Virus record (IMG/VR): IMGVR_UViG_3300036790_000396
Span: 1-64,000 of that record
Length of the DNA: 64,000 nt
Reading direction: 5' to 3' (one strand)
Source: a virus
Of the stretch, positions 36,328 through 46,210 are shown one piece after another. The notes below the pieces were generated by a model. It was given only the letters and a program-made list of their open reading frames with translations. It searched no databases and had not been told where the DNA came from. Both the position numbers and the translations under genes were made by a program. Position 1 is the stretch's first letter. Every line of letters starts with the position of its first letter.

Positions 36328-36672
36328 GTGCGGATCAGCGGCAAGTTCGAGGAGCGCTTCCTGGAGGCGCTCAGGTCCCTGGCGAGCGAGAGGCAGCTCG
36401 CCGAGATCGATCACGAGTGCACTGCGGTGCAGTACCCGGTGCAGCAGCCCGACGGCACGATGTCCGCTGCCCTGGGCATCTCCGTCACCCTGGCCTGCCC
36501 GTCCGGCGTGATCGGCGACTGGGTGATGGTCACCGGCCTGTTCGAGGACCCGTACGGCACCCCCGAGTCGCTGAAGGCGAAGACGGGCATCCTCATCCAG
36601 GGCCTCTACCGCCAGCGCGCCGCGGCCCTGGCCCAGGGCGACGGCGGCCTGCTCATCCCGCAGGGTGCCTGA
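36328..36672 (+). CDS. Hypothetical protein
   Basis: GAGGGAG RBS; GCTCGGAAG motif upstream. Confidence 0.65.
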   Translation: MRISGKFEERFLEALRSLASERQLAEIDHECTAVQYPVQQPDGTMSAALGISVTLACPSGVIGDWVMVTGLFEDPYGTPESLKAKTGILIQGLYRQRAAALAQGDGGLLIPQGA

Positions 36673-37523
36673 TGGCGACCGCGACCGTCCTGGGCTACGA
36701 CGCCACCACCTACAACGAGTCCCGGCTCCCGAAGGGGCAGGCCGCGGGCTACGACACGGGCAGCGGGATCGCCTGGACGGGCGCCCAGTGGGCTGCTCAC
36801 CCCGGCGCGCTGCACATCGACCAGGAGCCGTACGGCACTGACGCCACCGCCGACTACTTCGACGTGGAGAACGGCGCCGGGAGGATCAGCGATGTCGCCT
36901 CCTGGGCGGAGAAGGCGCTCGCCGCCTTCAGGGCCGGGAAGCGCCCCGGCCAGCGCTCGCCCGCTGTTTACTGCTCTGCGTCGAACGTCACCCCGGTCGC
37001 CAACGCCCTCGTCGCCGGCCGAGTCAAGTCCGGCGTGGGGCTCGTCGTCGCGAACTGGAACCTGAGCCAGGCCCAGGCGCAGGCCGAGGTGGCAGCCGGG
37101 TCCGGGCCCTACCCGGTCGTGGGCGTCCAGTTCCACGACGCGGGGCTGTACGACATCAACGTGTTCTCCGTGAACTGGCTGAATACCGTGTCTGAGGGGC
37201 CGCAGGCCCAGAACCTCTGGACGTACCCGGCCCCGTCCGGGCTGAAGGTCACTAAGATCACCGGTGACGGCTACGACCTCGCGTGGGACGCGGTGAAGGG
37301 GCCGAAGGGGCAGGCGCCCTCCGGCTACACGGTGCAGACCTTCCTGATCGGCACGCGCAGCGCCACCCAGGTCAACGAGCACACCTGCACGGGCACGTCC
37401 ACGTCCGAGTACGGGAAGGCCGGCAGCGGGCTGCCCGCAGGGGAGTACGCCTCGCACGTGTGGGGCAATGACGCGCCGGCTGCTCCCCCTCACGCCTCTG
37501 TCACCCTCACCCTGAGCAAGTAG
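36672..37523 (+). CDS. Putative endolysin (GH25-like muramidase plus FN3-like C-terminal domain)
   Basis: GYD at N-terminus, FDVENG (DxE), PAVYCSAS, VANW, GVQF, YDIN; C-terminal PAPSGLKV..LAWDAV..GYTV (FN3). Confidence 0.65.
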   Translation: MATATVLGYDATTYNESRLPKGQAAGYDTGSGIAWTGAQWAAHPGALHIDQEPYGTDATADYFDVENGAGRISDVASWAEKALAAFRAGKRPGQRSPAVYCSASNVTPVANALVAGRVKSGVGLVVANWNLSQAQAQAEVAAGSGPYPVVGVQFHDAGLYDINVFSVNWLNTVSEGPQAQNLWTYPAPSGLKVTKITGDGYDLAWDAVKGPKGQAPSGYTVQTFLIGTRSATQVNEHTCTGTSTSEYGKAGSGLPAGEYASHVWGNDAPAAPPHASVTLTLSK

Positions 37524-37530
37524 GAGAGCC

Positions 37531-37764
37531 ATGAGCGTTACCTGGCCCGAGGATTACGGCGACGGGCAGCCGGCTGCGCTCGACTACCGGCCGGCGGACA
37601 CGACCCTCGTGCAGGCTGGCCACGACCTGGGCGAGCAGGCCGAGTGCGTGCTCGGCAGCGGCAGCAACTTCGCCTCCGGCACCAGCAGCACGGGCATGGT
37701 CGATACCTCCTACCTGCCGACGGAGGCGCAGATCCTGCACCAGACGACGACAGGCATGTACTGA
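37531..37764 (+). CDS. Small hypothetical protein
   Basis: AGGAG RBS. Confidence 0.65.
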   Translation: MSVTWPEDYGDGQPAALDYRPADTTLVQAGHDLGEQAECVLGSGSNFASGTSSTGMVDTSYLPTEAQILHQTTTGMY

Positions 37765-38045
37765 TGGCCCGCGAGATCATCATCGCCCCGTCGGCGAAGG
37801 CGCCTCCCGCTGCGGTGGCCGACGGGGACGAGTACGGCGAGCCGGGAGGGCCCTGGGAACCGTCGGAGGTGACGGTCCCGGCCGTGACGGACGGCCAGTA
37901 CGAGTTAGGAGCTGACTTCCCGCGTCGCCCCGCACTGGCACACTTCCACGCGGATCCTCTTGCCCTGGGCGTTCGTGTACTCGCGGCTCGGGCGCCACTG
38001 GTGCGTGTGGTTCTCATCGGGCATGATTTCCTCCAGGTGGTTTAA
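37764..38045 (+). CDS. Hypothetical protein; 3' half overlaps an antisense gene
   Basis: TGATG coupling with the previous gene. Confidence 0.45.
   Translation: MAREIIIAPSAKAPPAAVADGDEYGEPGGPWEPSEVTVPAVTDGQYELGADFPRRPALAHFHADPLALGVRVLAARAPLVRVVLIGHDFLQVV
37905..38024 (-). CDS. 39-aa putative Zn-binding microprotein
   Basis: GGAGG-N5-ATG; MPDENHTHQWRPSREYTNAQGKRIRVEVCQCGATREVSS; below the ORF-track size cutoff. Confidence 0.65.
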   Translation of the reverse strand: MPDENHTHQWRPSREYTNAQGKRIRVEVCQCGATREVSS

Positions 38046-38069
38046 AATACCAAGGTTTATTGGTATAGT
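38041..38069 (+). promoter_or_regulatory. Sigma70-type promoter TTTAAA-N17-TATAGT with the same palindromic operator as 16996
   Basis: Identical 20-mer at 38047-38066, between divergent genes. Confidence 0.75.
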
Positions 38070-38104
38070 GGAGTCATCAGCCTACACCAACCCGAGGAGA
38101 TCCG

Positions 38105-38839
38105 ATGACTGCCGAACTCAGCCCCGTCATCAGGGACGCAATCGCCTTCCTGCGCCGCAAGCCGGAGGCGACGCTTGACGAGCTGGCCGAGCAGGTCTAC
38201 CCGGCCCCGGCTCCGGCCCCGGCGGCTGAGGCCGTCCCCTTCCCGGCGCTCCCGGAAGCGAAGGCGCTCGGGGACGCTCAGCAGGATGCCCTGCACGAGC
38301 TGCCGCGCGTCTTCGGCCTCGTCGCCATGAAGGAGCGCCGCGAGCTGAGCCGCGCGGAGCTGAGGGCGCTGGAGCACGAGACCGAGATCCTGAAGACGAT
38401 CAAGACGATGGCCGCTGCCCGCGAGGAGGCCGTCAAGACCCTCGTCCGCACCTCGATCGACGTGCAGGCCGAGCGCGAGGGCATCGCCTTCCCGGCCGAC
38501 ACCCCCGGGCACGCCGCCACGCCGCGCGACCAGCACGGCCACTACCTGCTCGCCGCGCAGGGCGAGCCCTACAAGCTCCGCGCGGAGAGCCACGAGTGGT
38601 CCCAGCAGTACACCTCCGGCAGGGCCCTCCCCGTGGAGGGGACGCTCGGCGACCTGGCCGAGAAGGGGGAGATCGAGCGCGAGGAGTACCTCGCCTTCAC
38701 CGAGGCGAAGCGCGTCTTCTCCCGCGAGAAGGCCCTCCGGTTCATCGCGAGGAACCCGGCCCGCGGCATGGCGATCCTGCGCTCGATCACGACGCGCACC
38801 GCCCCCGGGTCCACGCTCACTTTCCGCAAGGCCAAGTAA
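38105..38839 (+). CDS. Hypothetical early protein
   Basis: GAGGAG RBS; high GC3. Confidence 0.75.
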   Translation: MTAELSPVIRDAIAFLRRKPEATLDELAEQVYPAPAPAPAAEAVPFPALPEAKALGDAQQDALHELPRVFGLVAMKERRELSRAELRALEHETEILKTIKTMAAAREEAVKTLVRTSIDVQAEREGIAFPADTPGHAATPRDQHGHYLLAAQGEPYKLRAESHEWSQQYTSGRALPVEGTLGDLAEKGEIEREEYLAFTEAKRVFSREKALRFIARNPARGMAILRSITTRTAPGSTLTFRKAK

Positions 38840-38854
38840 GGTATCAATAATCTC

Positions 38855-39307
38855 ATGAATGACATCAGCAGGGCGGCGCCCGGGTTCATCCCCCTGGCGC
38901 CGCCTTCCGGGCGTTTCTGGCTGCACGCCGAGGACTTCAGGCGCGGCCGGGACGGCAAGATCAAGCCCTCGTTCTCCACCTCCGTGGTGGCGACGGCGTT
39001 CTTCGGCCGCAGCGCGGCCTGGATGCGCAAGGCGATGCGCCCCGACGCCGACCGCCCCGCCGGCAGCCTCATCCTCGACGGCAGGCCGTTCTCCGTGGCG
39101 CGGTCCGAGGCCGATGACCGCAAGTTCAGCCTCGTCGACATCGAGCGCGTGGCGCACGCGCTGCGGCAGCAGGACGTCATCGACGACGCGCGCCTCGCGG
39201 CGGCGGTCGCCTCCGTGGTGTCCTGCGCGGTCAGCTACAAGATCATCCCGGCCCCGTGGCCCGCGGAGCGCGCTCCCGCGAGCGCAGAGGCCTCCCCGGA
39301 TGAGTGA
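38855..39307 (+). CDS. HTH DNA-binding protein (MerR/excisionase-like)
   Basis: FSTSVVATAFFGRSAAWMRK...RKFSLVDIERV. Confidence 0.65.
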   Translation: MNDISRAAPGFIPLAPPSGRFWLHAEDFRRGRDGKIKPSFSTSVVATAFFGRSAAWMRKAMRPDADRPAGSLILDGRPFSVARSEADDRKFSLVDIERVAHALRQQDVIDDARLAAAVASVVSCAVSYKIIPAPWPAERAPASAEASPDE

Positions 39308-40244
39308 GGGGGCAGAGGAGCACGTCGTCCTCATCGACGGCACCGGGCTGCTGGTGCGCTGCCTGCGGGCCGCACGGCATGCACCCCGCCTCTCCTACGA
39401 GGAAGCGGACACGACGGTCCTGACATTCTTCGCCGGCTCGCTGACGGCCGCCCTGGGCGACCTGGCCCCCACGCATGCCGTGACGTGCTGGGACGGCCCG
39501 AAGTTCATGACATGGCGCCGTGACGTGTGGCCGGAGTACAAGCCCCCGCGCAGCGGCTTCCTCGCCCCGGCCGCCATTTCCCCCGACGAGTCCCTGTGCC
39601 GGAGCTTCTGCGGGGAAGGCGGCCTCACGGTCAGCGAGAGCCTCCGCTTCGAGGGCGACGACCTGATCGCCGCCTGGTGGCGCCGGGCCCGCAGGGCAAT
39701 GCCGGAGGCACGGGTCACGATCCTCACTGCCGACCGGGACCTGTTCCAGCTGTGCGACGAGCGCACGGCAGTCCGCGACCTTGGAACGAAAGACCCCCAG
39801 GTCACCACGGAGCAGGACGTCCGGGACCACTGGGGGTGCGAGCCGCGGCGGCTGCCGCTGCTGCGCGCCCTCGCCGGCGACCCCGCAGACGGGATCCCCG
39901 GCGTCCGGGGCATCGGCGAGACAGGGGCCGTCAAGCTGGCAGCGGCTCATACGGGCGACGATGCCGCCCTGCTGGCCGGGATCATCGAGCAGCACGAGCG
40001 CCGTTACCCCGGTGACGAGAGCGCGAAGATGGCCGCGGTGTGGCGGGACCTGATGGACCTGCGCGAGCCCGCCCAGCGCCCGTGGGATGATGACGGGGAC
40101 GCGCCGCTGCTCTCCGCGGCGCGATGGGATCCCTCACGCCACGCCCGGCAGCTGGATGCCTTTCTCGCGGCCTTCGGCCTGAAGCGCCTGCGGGAACGCC
40201 TGTCGCGCGGGGATCTCCCGTGGCCTTCCCCGCCTCCTGACTAG
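39300..40244 (+). CDS. 5'-3' exonuclease (Pol I N-terminal / FEN-like)
   Basis: LIDGTGLLVR, WRRDVWPEYK, FEGDDLIA, TADRDLFQL, ALAGDPADGIPGVRGIGE. Confidence 0.92.
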   Translation: MSEGAEEHVVLIDGTGLLVRCLRAARHAPRLSYEEADTTVLTFFAGSLTAALGDLAPTHAVTCWDGPKFMTWRRDVWPEYKPPRSGFLAPAAISPDESLCRSFCGEGGLTVSESLRFEGDDLIAAWWRRARRAMPEARVTILTADRDLFQLCDERTAVRDLGTKDPQVTTEQDVRDHWGCEPRRLPLLRALAGDPADGIPGVRGIGETGAVKLAAAHTGDDAALLAGIIEQHERRYPGDESAKMAAVWRDLMDLREPAQRPWDDDGDAPLLSAARWDPSRHARQLDAFLAAFGLKRLRERLSRGDLPWPSPPPD

Positions 40245-40268
40245 CATTTATTGATATAACAAGGATGC

Positions 40269-40297
40269 TTGACCGGCAGCGCGGCCCGTCTTACGCT
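40269..40297 (+). promoter_or_regulatory. Sigma70-type promoter TTGACC-N17-TACGCT
   Basis: Near-consensus boxes and spacing, upstream of the primase operon. Confidence 0.75.
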
Positions 40298-40372
40298 GCC
40301 GGATAGAGTTCCTCATCCCGGCGCCCTGCCTTCCCTGCGGCAGGGCATCCCTTCGTCACGCCAGGAGGAAGC

Positions 40373-40660
40373 ATGGCCACGCCTATGCCCGAGTGCCTTC
40401 TCAGGACGGGGGACGTGCTCGCGTACGTCACCGCGTCACTGTCATCCCGCTGGGGAGCCCAGCTTCCCGGCCCGGACCCGGAGAAGGTCATCGGGGAGTT
40501 CTGCGAGCGGTTCGGTCCCGACAAGGCGATGATCATCGCCCGTGCCGCGTTCGAGGACCACGGCGGCCTGTGGCAGGGAGCGCCTGTCACCATCCGCCGT
40601 TTCACCGAGGCCCATGACGGTTTCTTCGCCATCCCGCTGCTGTCCGGAGGCCATCTCTAA
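40373..40660 (+). CDS. Hypothetical protein
   Basis: AGGAGG RBS; coupled to the primase gene. Confidence 0.7.
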   Translation: MATPMPECLLRTGDVLAYVTASLSSRWGAQLPGPDPEKVIGEFCERFGPDKAMIIARAAFEDHGGLWQGAPVTIRRFTEAHDGFFAIPLLSGGHL

Positions 40661-43150
40661 ATGACCGGCAAAGAAAACACCCCCGCGCCCCGTCCAGAGG
40701 GCGCGGGGGCAGTAAACCATTCCTCCGTCGAGCCCGACGATAGCATAATGCCAGCGGAAGTGTCAGCGGCCGAGGGGAATAATTTCCTCGCCGATGACTT
40801 CGTCGGCAACATCAGCCTCGATGACCTCGGCGGTTCCCCCGAGCGCCGCGCGGAGCTGCGAGAGGCGGCGGATCGCTACCGGCAGGCCGGGTACCGCATC
40901 ATCCCCGTGCACGACGTGGAAAGCGGCCGGTGCTCCTGCGGGGCCGCTGAAGGCGACTGCGCGGCCGGCAAGCACCCCGTCGAGCAGCAGTGGCAGAAGC
41001 CGAAAGAGGACCCGGCCTCTGACCTGCGGTGGTGGCGCGAGACCTCCGGCGAGAGCTATCCGCCGGATTCCCGCCCGGACGCGAATATCGGCATTCTCAC
41101 GGGAGAGCCCAGCGGGATCGTCGTCATCGATATCGATCCCGCTAACGGCGGCGATCTCCTGTGGGAAAGGCTGACCGCCCAGCACGGGGATATCCCTTCC
41201 ACCACTATTGCCCAGACCGGATCAGGAGGACGGCACTACCTCTTCCAGATGCCGTCTTTTCCCGTCCGCAACTGCAATCCCTGGGGCACCGGGATCGATG
41301 TCCGCGGCACCGGCGGCCAGGTCGTCGCCGCGCCGAGCATCTCGGGCAAGGGGCCGTACTCGGTCATCGACAGCTCGCCCCCGGCCCCGCTGCCCGAGTG
41401 GATCCGCGAGACGCTCGCCGCCTACCAGAAGGCCCAGCGCGGGGAGCCGTCCCCGCTCGCGCCCAAGGCAGCGCCGAACGGCATCCGGCGTGCCTACGGG
41501 CTGTCGGTCGTCGCGGCGCGGGCGAAGATGCTGAAGGAGACCGCGAAGGGCGGCCGGAACCAGGCCCTCAACGATGCCGCGTTCGCGTGCGGCCAGCTCG
41601 CGCCCGACCGGATCATCTCCGAGGCCGACGCCTGGGCGGCGCTGTCCGAGGCGGTGCTCGCGCCCGACTTCGGGATGGAGGAGGCCCGCCGCACGTTCCA
41701 CTCCGGCTGGTCCAGCGGCATGCTGCAGCCGTTTCATCCCCAGTGGACGGAGCGCGGCCATTTCGAGCCCCGCTCCTGGGACGATTTCGGGCTCGGCGAC
41801 CGGATGGGCGACCACTTCGGCGACATGCTCCGCTGGAACACCGACGTCGGGGTGTGGATGTTCTACCAGGCCGGGGTGTGGGTCAGCGAGGACGCGATGG
41901 CCGAGTGCCTCGCCCAGGCGATGATCGCCAGCCTCCCCGAGACCGAGGGCCCGGCCTACAGCAAGGACATCGACCCGAGCCAGGACGAGAAAGACTCGCC
42001 GCGGGACAGCTTCGAGGAGCAGTGCCGCAAGTGGCGCACGGCCGAGACGCCGGCCAAGGCAGTGAAGGTGGCCCGGCGCATGACGCTGATGGGGCTGCGC
42101 AAGTCCCATCTCGACATCGACCCTCTCGTGGTGAACCTCGCCAACGGCGCGTGGGACGCCCGGCGCCGTGCCTTCGCCGAGCACGCGCCCACCCAGTACC
42201 TGACGATGCAGTGCAGCTCCGTCTACGACCCGCACGCGGCGTGCCCGCAGTGGGATGCCTTCCTGGAGCGGGTGCAGCCCGACCCGGAGATGCGGGCGTA
42301 CCTGTACCGGATCTGGGGGTACTCGCTGACCGCGAGCCTGTCCGAGCAGGCGATGTTCCTGCACCACGGCTCCGGTGCCAACGGCAAGTCCGTCGCGAAC
42401 GACATCATCTCCCGGATCGCCGGGAGCTATGCCCAGATCGTGCCGGTGGAGACGCTGATCCTGTCCAGCAAGACCGGCCAGGTCCCGGTGGACATCGCCC
42501 GGATGGACGGGCGCCGCTACCTCGCCGCCAGCGAGACGAAGGCCGGCAAGCAGCTCAACGAGGCACTGATCAAGCAGCTCACCGGCGGCGACACCATCGC
42601 GGCCCGGTACCTGTACCGCGATTTCTTCGAGTTCAAGCCGACCGGCAAGATCCACCTGTTCTCCAACCACCTCGTGCACATCTCAGCCGACCCGGCGACC
42701 CACCGGCGGCTGCACCTGATCAAGTGGGGGGAATCCATCCCCGCAGCGGAGCAGGACAAGGATCTCGCGAAGAAAATCCTGGAGTCCGAGGGATCCGGCG
42801 TCCTCAACCGCCTCCTGGGCGGCCTCGCCGACTGGCTGGCCCTCGGTGATCTCGCGATGCCCGCCTGCGCGGTCGAGAGCAAGCAGGAGTACGTCCGCGA
42901 GGAGGACTGGCGCTACGCCTTCGTGGAGTCCTGCTGCGACGTCACAGAGCCCCAGGAGGGCGCTCCGGGCCGCAGCACCAGCGAGCTGTACGCCGTCTAC
43001 AAGATCTGGTACTCCCAGAACCAGCCGGGCAGCAAGCCCATGAGCATCAACGCCTTCTCGGCCAACCTCGCCGGAATGTATCCGCGGACGCGTATCGAGC
43101 GCTGGCGCGGATTCCCCACGCTGCAGGTGAAGCAGAATCCGGTTCAGTGA
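40661..43150 (+). CDS. Bifunctional primase-polymerase / D5-P4 alpha-type SF3 helicase
   Basis: NIGILTG..VVIDID..TGSGGRHY..DVRGTGGQVVAAPS (Prim-Pol); GSGANGKS, IKQLTGGD (D5 helicase). Confidence 0.93.
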   Translation: MTGKENTPAPRPEGAGAVNHSSVEPDDSIMPAEVSAAEGNNFLADDFVGNISLDDLGGSPERRAELREAADRYRQAGYRIIPVHDVESGRCSCGAAEGDCAAGKHPVEQQWQKPKEDPASDLRWWRETSGESYPPDSRPDANIGILTGEPSGIVVIDIDPANGGDLLWERLTAQHGDIPSTTIAQTGSGGRHYLFQMPSFPVRNCNPWGTGIDVRGTGGQVVAAPSISGKGPYSVIDSSPPAPLPEWIRETLAAYQKAQRGEPSPLAPKAAPNGIRRAYGLSVVAARAKMLKETAKGGRNQALNDAAFACGQLAPDRIISEADAWAALSEAVLAPDFGMEEARRTFHSGWSSGMLQPFHPQWTERGHFEPRSWDDFGLGDRMGDHFGDMLRWNTDVGVWMFYQAGVWVSEDAMAECLAQAMIASLPETEGPAYSKDIDPSQDEKDSPRDSFEEQCRKWRTAETPAKAVKVARRMTLMGLRKSHLDIDPLVVNLANGAWDARRRAFAEHAPTQYLTMQCSSVYDPHAACPQWDAFLERVQPDPEMRAYLYRIWGYSLTASLSEQAMFLHHGSGANGKSVANDIISRIAGSYAQIVPVETLILSSKTGQVPVDIARMDGRRYLAASETKAGKQLNEALIKQLTGGDTIAARYLYRDFFEFKPTGKIHLFSNHLVHISADPATHRRLHLIKWGESIPAAEQDKDLAKKILESEGSGVLNRLLGGLADWLALGDLAMPACAVESKQEYVREEDWRYAFVESCCDVTEPQEGAPGRSTSELYAVYKIWYSQNQPGSKPMSINAFSANLAGMYPRTRIERWRGFPTLQVKQNPVQ

Positions 43151-43206
43151 CAATGAGTCACCGGGGGCATGTAGGGAAACGGACATTTCTTATCCCTCCC
43201 TCCCCC

Positions 43207-43568
43207 GGTGACGCACCCGGTGACGCACTTTAGTGACGCATCAAAGACAATTAATGATATGCCTGACCTGCAGTTATATGTTGGTGACGCAGGTGACGCA
43301 ACTTTTGGGAAACTACCCTGAGCGGCCATCGGCCGCTCTTTTTGATTACTTAGGGTAATATCATATCGAGCCAAAAGTTACCCGACAGTAGTGATAACAG
43401 CAACTAAGTCTAGAAGTAGCAATGGATACATCTGGCATCGCGCGTGCGTGCGCGAGAGAGTTTCCCAAAAGTTGCGTCACCTGCGTCACCTTCGACAAAA
43501 CTCCAGCTCAGACCCTACGAAATACCGACTCTGCTGCGTCACTCGGGTGCGTCACCGGGTGCGTCACC
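43207..43568. repeat. Putative replication origin: ten (G/A)GTGACGCA iterons in mirror symmetry around an AT-rich core
   Basis: Forward copies at 43207, 43219, 43232, 43283, 43292; inverted copies at 43473, 43482, 43535, 43548, 43560; perfect 32-bp inverted repeat 43283-43314 / 43459-43490. Confidence 0.85.
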
Positions 43569-43746
43569 TCTATGAATCTTCAACTTCATCTTCCGGCGTG
43601 GATACATTTTTCTTTACGCGTACGGAAAAGAAAAGGATGACGGAGAGAGAAGGTGCCCTCGGCTCCCGGTCTCCAGGTTCCGCGCTGCTGCGCCACCTGC
43701 GCCCGCCGGGTAGCCGCACGCGCGCTGGAAGGCTAGCTTTATTGAG

Positions 43747-44151
43747 ATGAGGCTCCCGCCGTACAATCCGCAGGATGTGTGCCCCAAGTGCAGTGCCGAG
43801 ATGCCTGACGTGACATGGCACCCGAGCCGCGTCGCCGGCAGCACCTTCCCCTGCGCGCGCGGCTGGCCCGCCGTTGCGCGCGAGCATCTGTGCCTGACGT
43901 GCCCGCGGTGCGATTACGGCTGGATGACTCTCACGGCAGACGCGGTTACGCTGCCTCAGGACGACGATGAAGGAGACGACATGCCGATCCGGAAGACCGG
44001 TGCCGCTGCCGACCAGCAGGTGACCGAAGTCAGCGAGGAGGAGCTGCCGCTGCAGTTCACCGCTTCCTCCCCCTCCTCCTCATCCCCCTGGTCCGCAGAG
44101 GACGAGGCCGGGCTGCAGGAGGAGAACCAGGAGGCGGACGGCGGCCGGTGA
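43747..44151 (+). CDS. Zn-ribbon protein with a probable in-frame internal start at 43981
   Basis: CPKC...C...CPRC; GAAGGAG before ATG 43981. Confidence 0.6.
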   Translation: MRLPPYNPQDVCPKCSAEMPDVTWHPSRVAGSTFPCARGWPAVAREHLCLTCPRCDYGWMTLTADAVTLPQDDDEGDDMPIRKTGAAADQQVTEVSEEELPLQFTASSPSSSSPWSAEDEAGLQEENQEADGGR

Positions 44152-45137
44152 GCCGCGATGACCGCGAGGGCCTGATGGCGTGGCTGACGGGGGCTGTGCG
44201 CCACGCGCCTGACGAGCGCCCCCGCCAGCGCCCTGATCTCGACCTGGGAGGCATCCTCGGCGGCGACCGGTCCCATTACGACGGCGTCCTGGGGCGCTCC
44301 GGGCTGTTCATCCTGGACTCGCCCGGCGAGTGGACGTGGGACCTGCAGGCCCTCCCTGGCGAGCGGTCCCCGTCGCACGCCGTCGCCCTCCCCGGTATCG
44401 AGCGGGCCGGCGGCCCCGCCGAGACGGCGTCCTCGTGCACGGCGCTGCAGCCATACCCGGCGGCGTGCTGGGACGTCTGCGGCTATTACCGGCGCCTGGG
44501 CATCGGCTGGCGCGCCGGCTGGAAGGAGATGCGCGAGGCGTACACCCGCCTGGGCGGCCAGGACGACCCGGACCTGACGTACGCGATGAAGCAGCTCCTC
44601 GACCCTGGCCTGCGCCGCGAGTACGACGCCCTCCCCCTGGGCGCCCTGTGGCTCCGCGACAGGGATACCGCCGACCGGGTGCGGCGCGACTCGATCCGGG
44701 AGTCAGCGCGCCGCCGCAGCCGGGGCTCCGGTATCTCCGCCGACGAGGTACTGGACGAGTGGGGCTACGGCACGACGCAGGACCGCCCGGACGCCGCGGA
44801 GGCCGCGGTCCTCCCGGACTGGGCGCGGCAGCGGGGCAGCCGCCCCTGGGACTGTGACTGGTCCTATTACGTCCTCGGCGACCCGGCAGCCCGGGGAGCC
44901 TTCGATCCGGTGCGCGTCCGTGAGGCGCTGCTGCCGCGCTGGCAGCAGGCCCTGGCCGCCGCGCTGTCCCGCGCGGGAAAGCACGTCTCGTTCGCGGTGG
45001 GCGTCAGTCCCGACACGCCGGACGGATTCTTCCTCGCCACTTCCCCTTACACGGATTCTTTGATAATCTTCCTCGCGAGCGACTACCCCGAAGGCATCAC
45101 CGCGGAACGTGCCGCGCAGGCAGTCAGCAGGGACTAG
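44148..45137 (+). CDS. Protein with a degenerate J-domain
   Basis: YYRRLGI...KEMREAY...AMKQLLDPGLRREYD; no HPD motif. Confidence 0.65.
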   Translation: MSRDDREGLMAWLTGAVRHAPDERPRQRPDLDLGGILGGDRSHYDGVLGRSGLFILDSPGEWTWDLQALPGERSPSHAVALPGIERAGGPAETASSCTALQPYPAACWDVCGYYRRLGIGWRAGWKEMREAYTRLGGQDDPDLTYAMKQLLDPGLRREYDALPLGALWLRDRDTADRVRRDSIRESARRRSRGSGISADEVLDEWGYGTTQDRPDAAEAAVLPDWARQRGSRPWDCDWSYYVLGDPAARGAFDPVRVREALLPRWQQALAAALSRAGKHVSFAVGVSPDTPDGFFLATSPYTDSLIIFLASDYPEGITAERAAQAVSRD

Positions 45138-45181
45138 CTCACTTCACTTCAGGCCATCAGGTTCACCAGGGAGAAGGCTTC

Positions 45182-46129
45182 ATGCCGAGTTTCAGCAAGG
45201 GTGCCGCGTCCGCAAAGGCTGCCGCCGAGGCGGCTTCCGGCGGCGGCCGGGTCTCGTTCTTCCGCCTCAAGAGCGGCGAGGCCCCCAGGTACGTCCGGTT
45301 CATCACGGACCTGGACGATCTCATTCACGTCCAGATGCACAACGGCGTCCCGACGAGGGACGCTCCGAAGGGCGCCACCAACTGGCCCAAGCAGATGGGC
45401 GCCGTCTGCCAGAACGACATCGCGTTCCGGCTCCTGCACGCTGAGGGGGAGCCCCTCGATCCCCCGCAGTGGGAGGACGGCAAGGGATCCTGCTACATCT
45501 GCGAGTTCAAGAAAGGCGTGAAGGGCACCTACGGCGGCAGCGTCGCCGACACGCGCCCGTACGTCTGGGGGCTCGGCGTCGAGCGCCAGCCCGTCACGAA
45601 GGACCCCAAGAGCGGCAAGTTCCGCCCGGCCGCGCCCGATGAGAAGATCAGCGCCTTCGCCGACGTGACGGAGACCGTCAAGACCGATGACGGGGAAGTC
45701 AGGATCCCCAAGATCCTCGTCTTCACGCAGGGGTGGAGCAACTTCTGGGGCACCCTGTCGCAGGTCACCTACATGGCCGGCTCGGTGTGCCTGACCGACT
45801 TCCGGATCACCCGCCAGGACAACGCCTACGAGTTCGGCATGGGCCTGGAGACCCCGGACCTCAAGCCGGGTACCGAGGCGTGGGAGAAATACTCCGGGGC
45901 CCTGGAGATCCGCAAGCTCACGCTGGAGGACGCGGTCCTGGACCAGGCCAGCTCCGCGTACTACGGGCGGTTCTTCGACCACCGGGTCAAGCACGAGGAC
46001 AGCGACGACTCGCAGTCCGCCGGCGCGAAGGACGAGGGCGCGAAGGTGTCGGAAGAGGACGTCGCCGACGTGCGCGCCCGCATGGCCGAGACTTTCGGCT
46101 CCTCGGACGTGTTCGCCACGAAGTCCTGA
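45182..46129 (+). CDS. Single-stranded DNA-binding protein (gp32-like)
   Basis: FFRLKSGE..YVRF, C...CYIC Zn site, acidic tail, directly before dnaE. Confidence 0.7.
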   Translation: MPSFSKGAASAKAAAEAASGGGRVSFFRLKSGEAPRYVRFITDLDDLIHVQMHNGVPTRDAPKGATNWPKQMGAVCQNDIAFRLLHAEGEPLDPPQWEDGKGSCYICEFKKGVKGTYGGSVADTRPYVWGLGVERQPVTKDPKSGKFRPAAPDEKISAFADVTETVKTDDGEVRIPKILVFTQGWSNFWGTLSQVTYMAGSVCLTDFRITRQDNAYEFGMGLETPDLKPGTEAWEKYSGALEIRKLTLEDAVLDQASSAYYGRFFDHRVKHEDSDDSQSAGAKDEGAKVSEEDVADVRARMAETFGSSDVFATKS

Positions 46130-46210
46130 TCCTCCGGGCTCCTCTCGCCGGAAGCGGGGGCCAGGGTGCACGCCGGGAAACCGGGCCTGGCACTCCCCGG
46201 CGAGAGGGAC

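Noticed and set aside
43207-43568. Repeats as a CRISPR array or MITE
   Set aside because: The 9-bp units are in mirror orientation with no unique 30-40 nt spacers, no cas operon and no evident target-site duplication; an iteron origin fits better.
43391-43750. ORFs across the origin region
   Set aside because: Translations reflect the repeats; no RBS and atypical codon usage.
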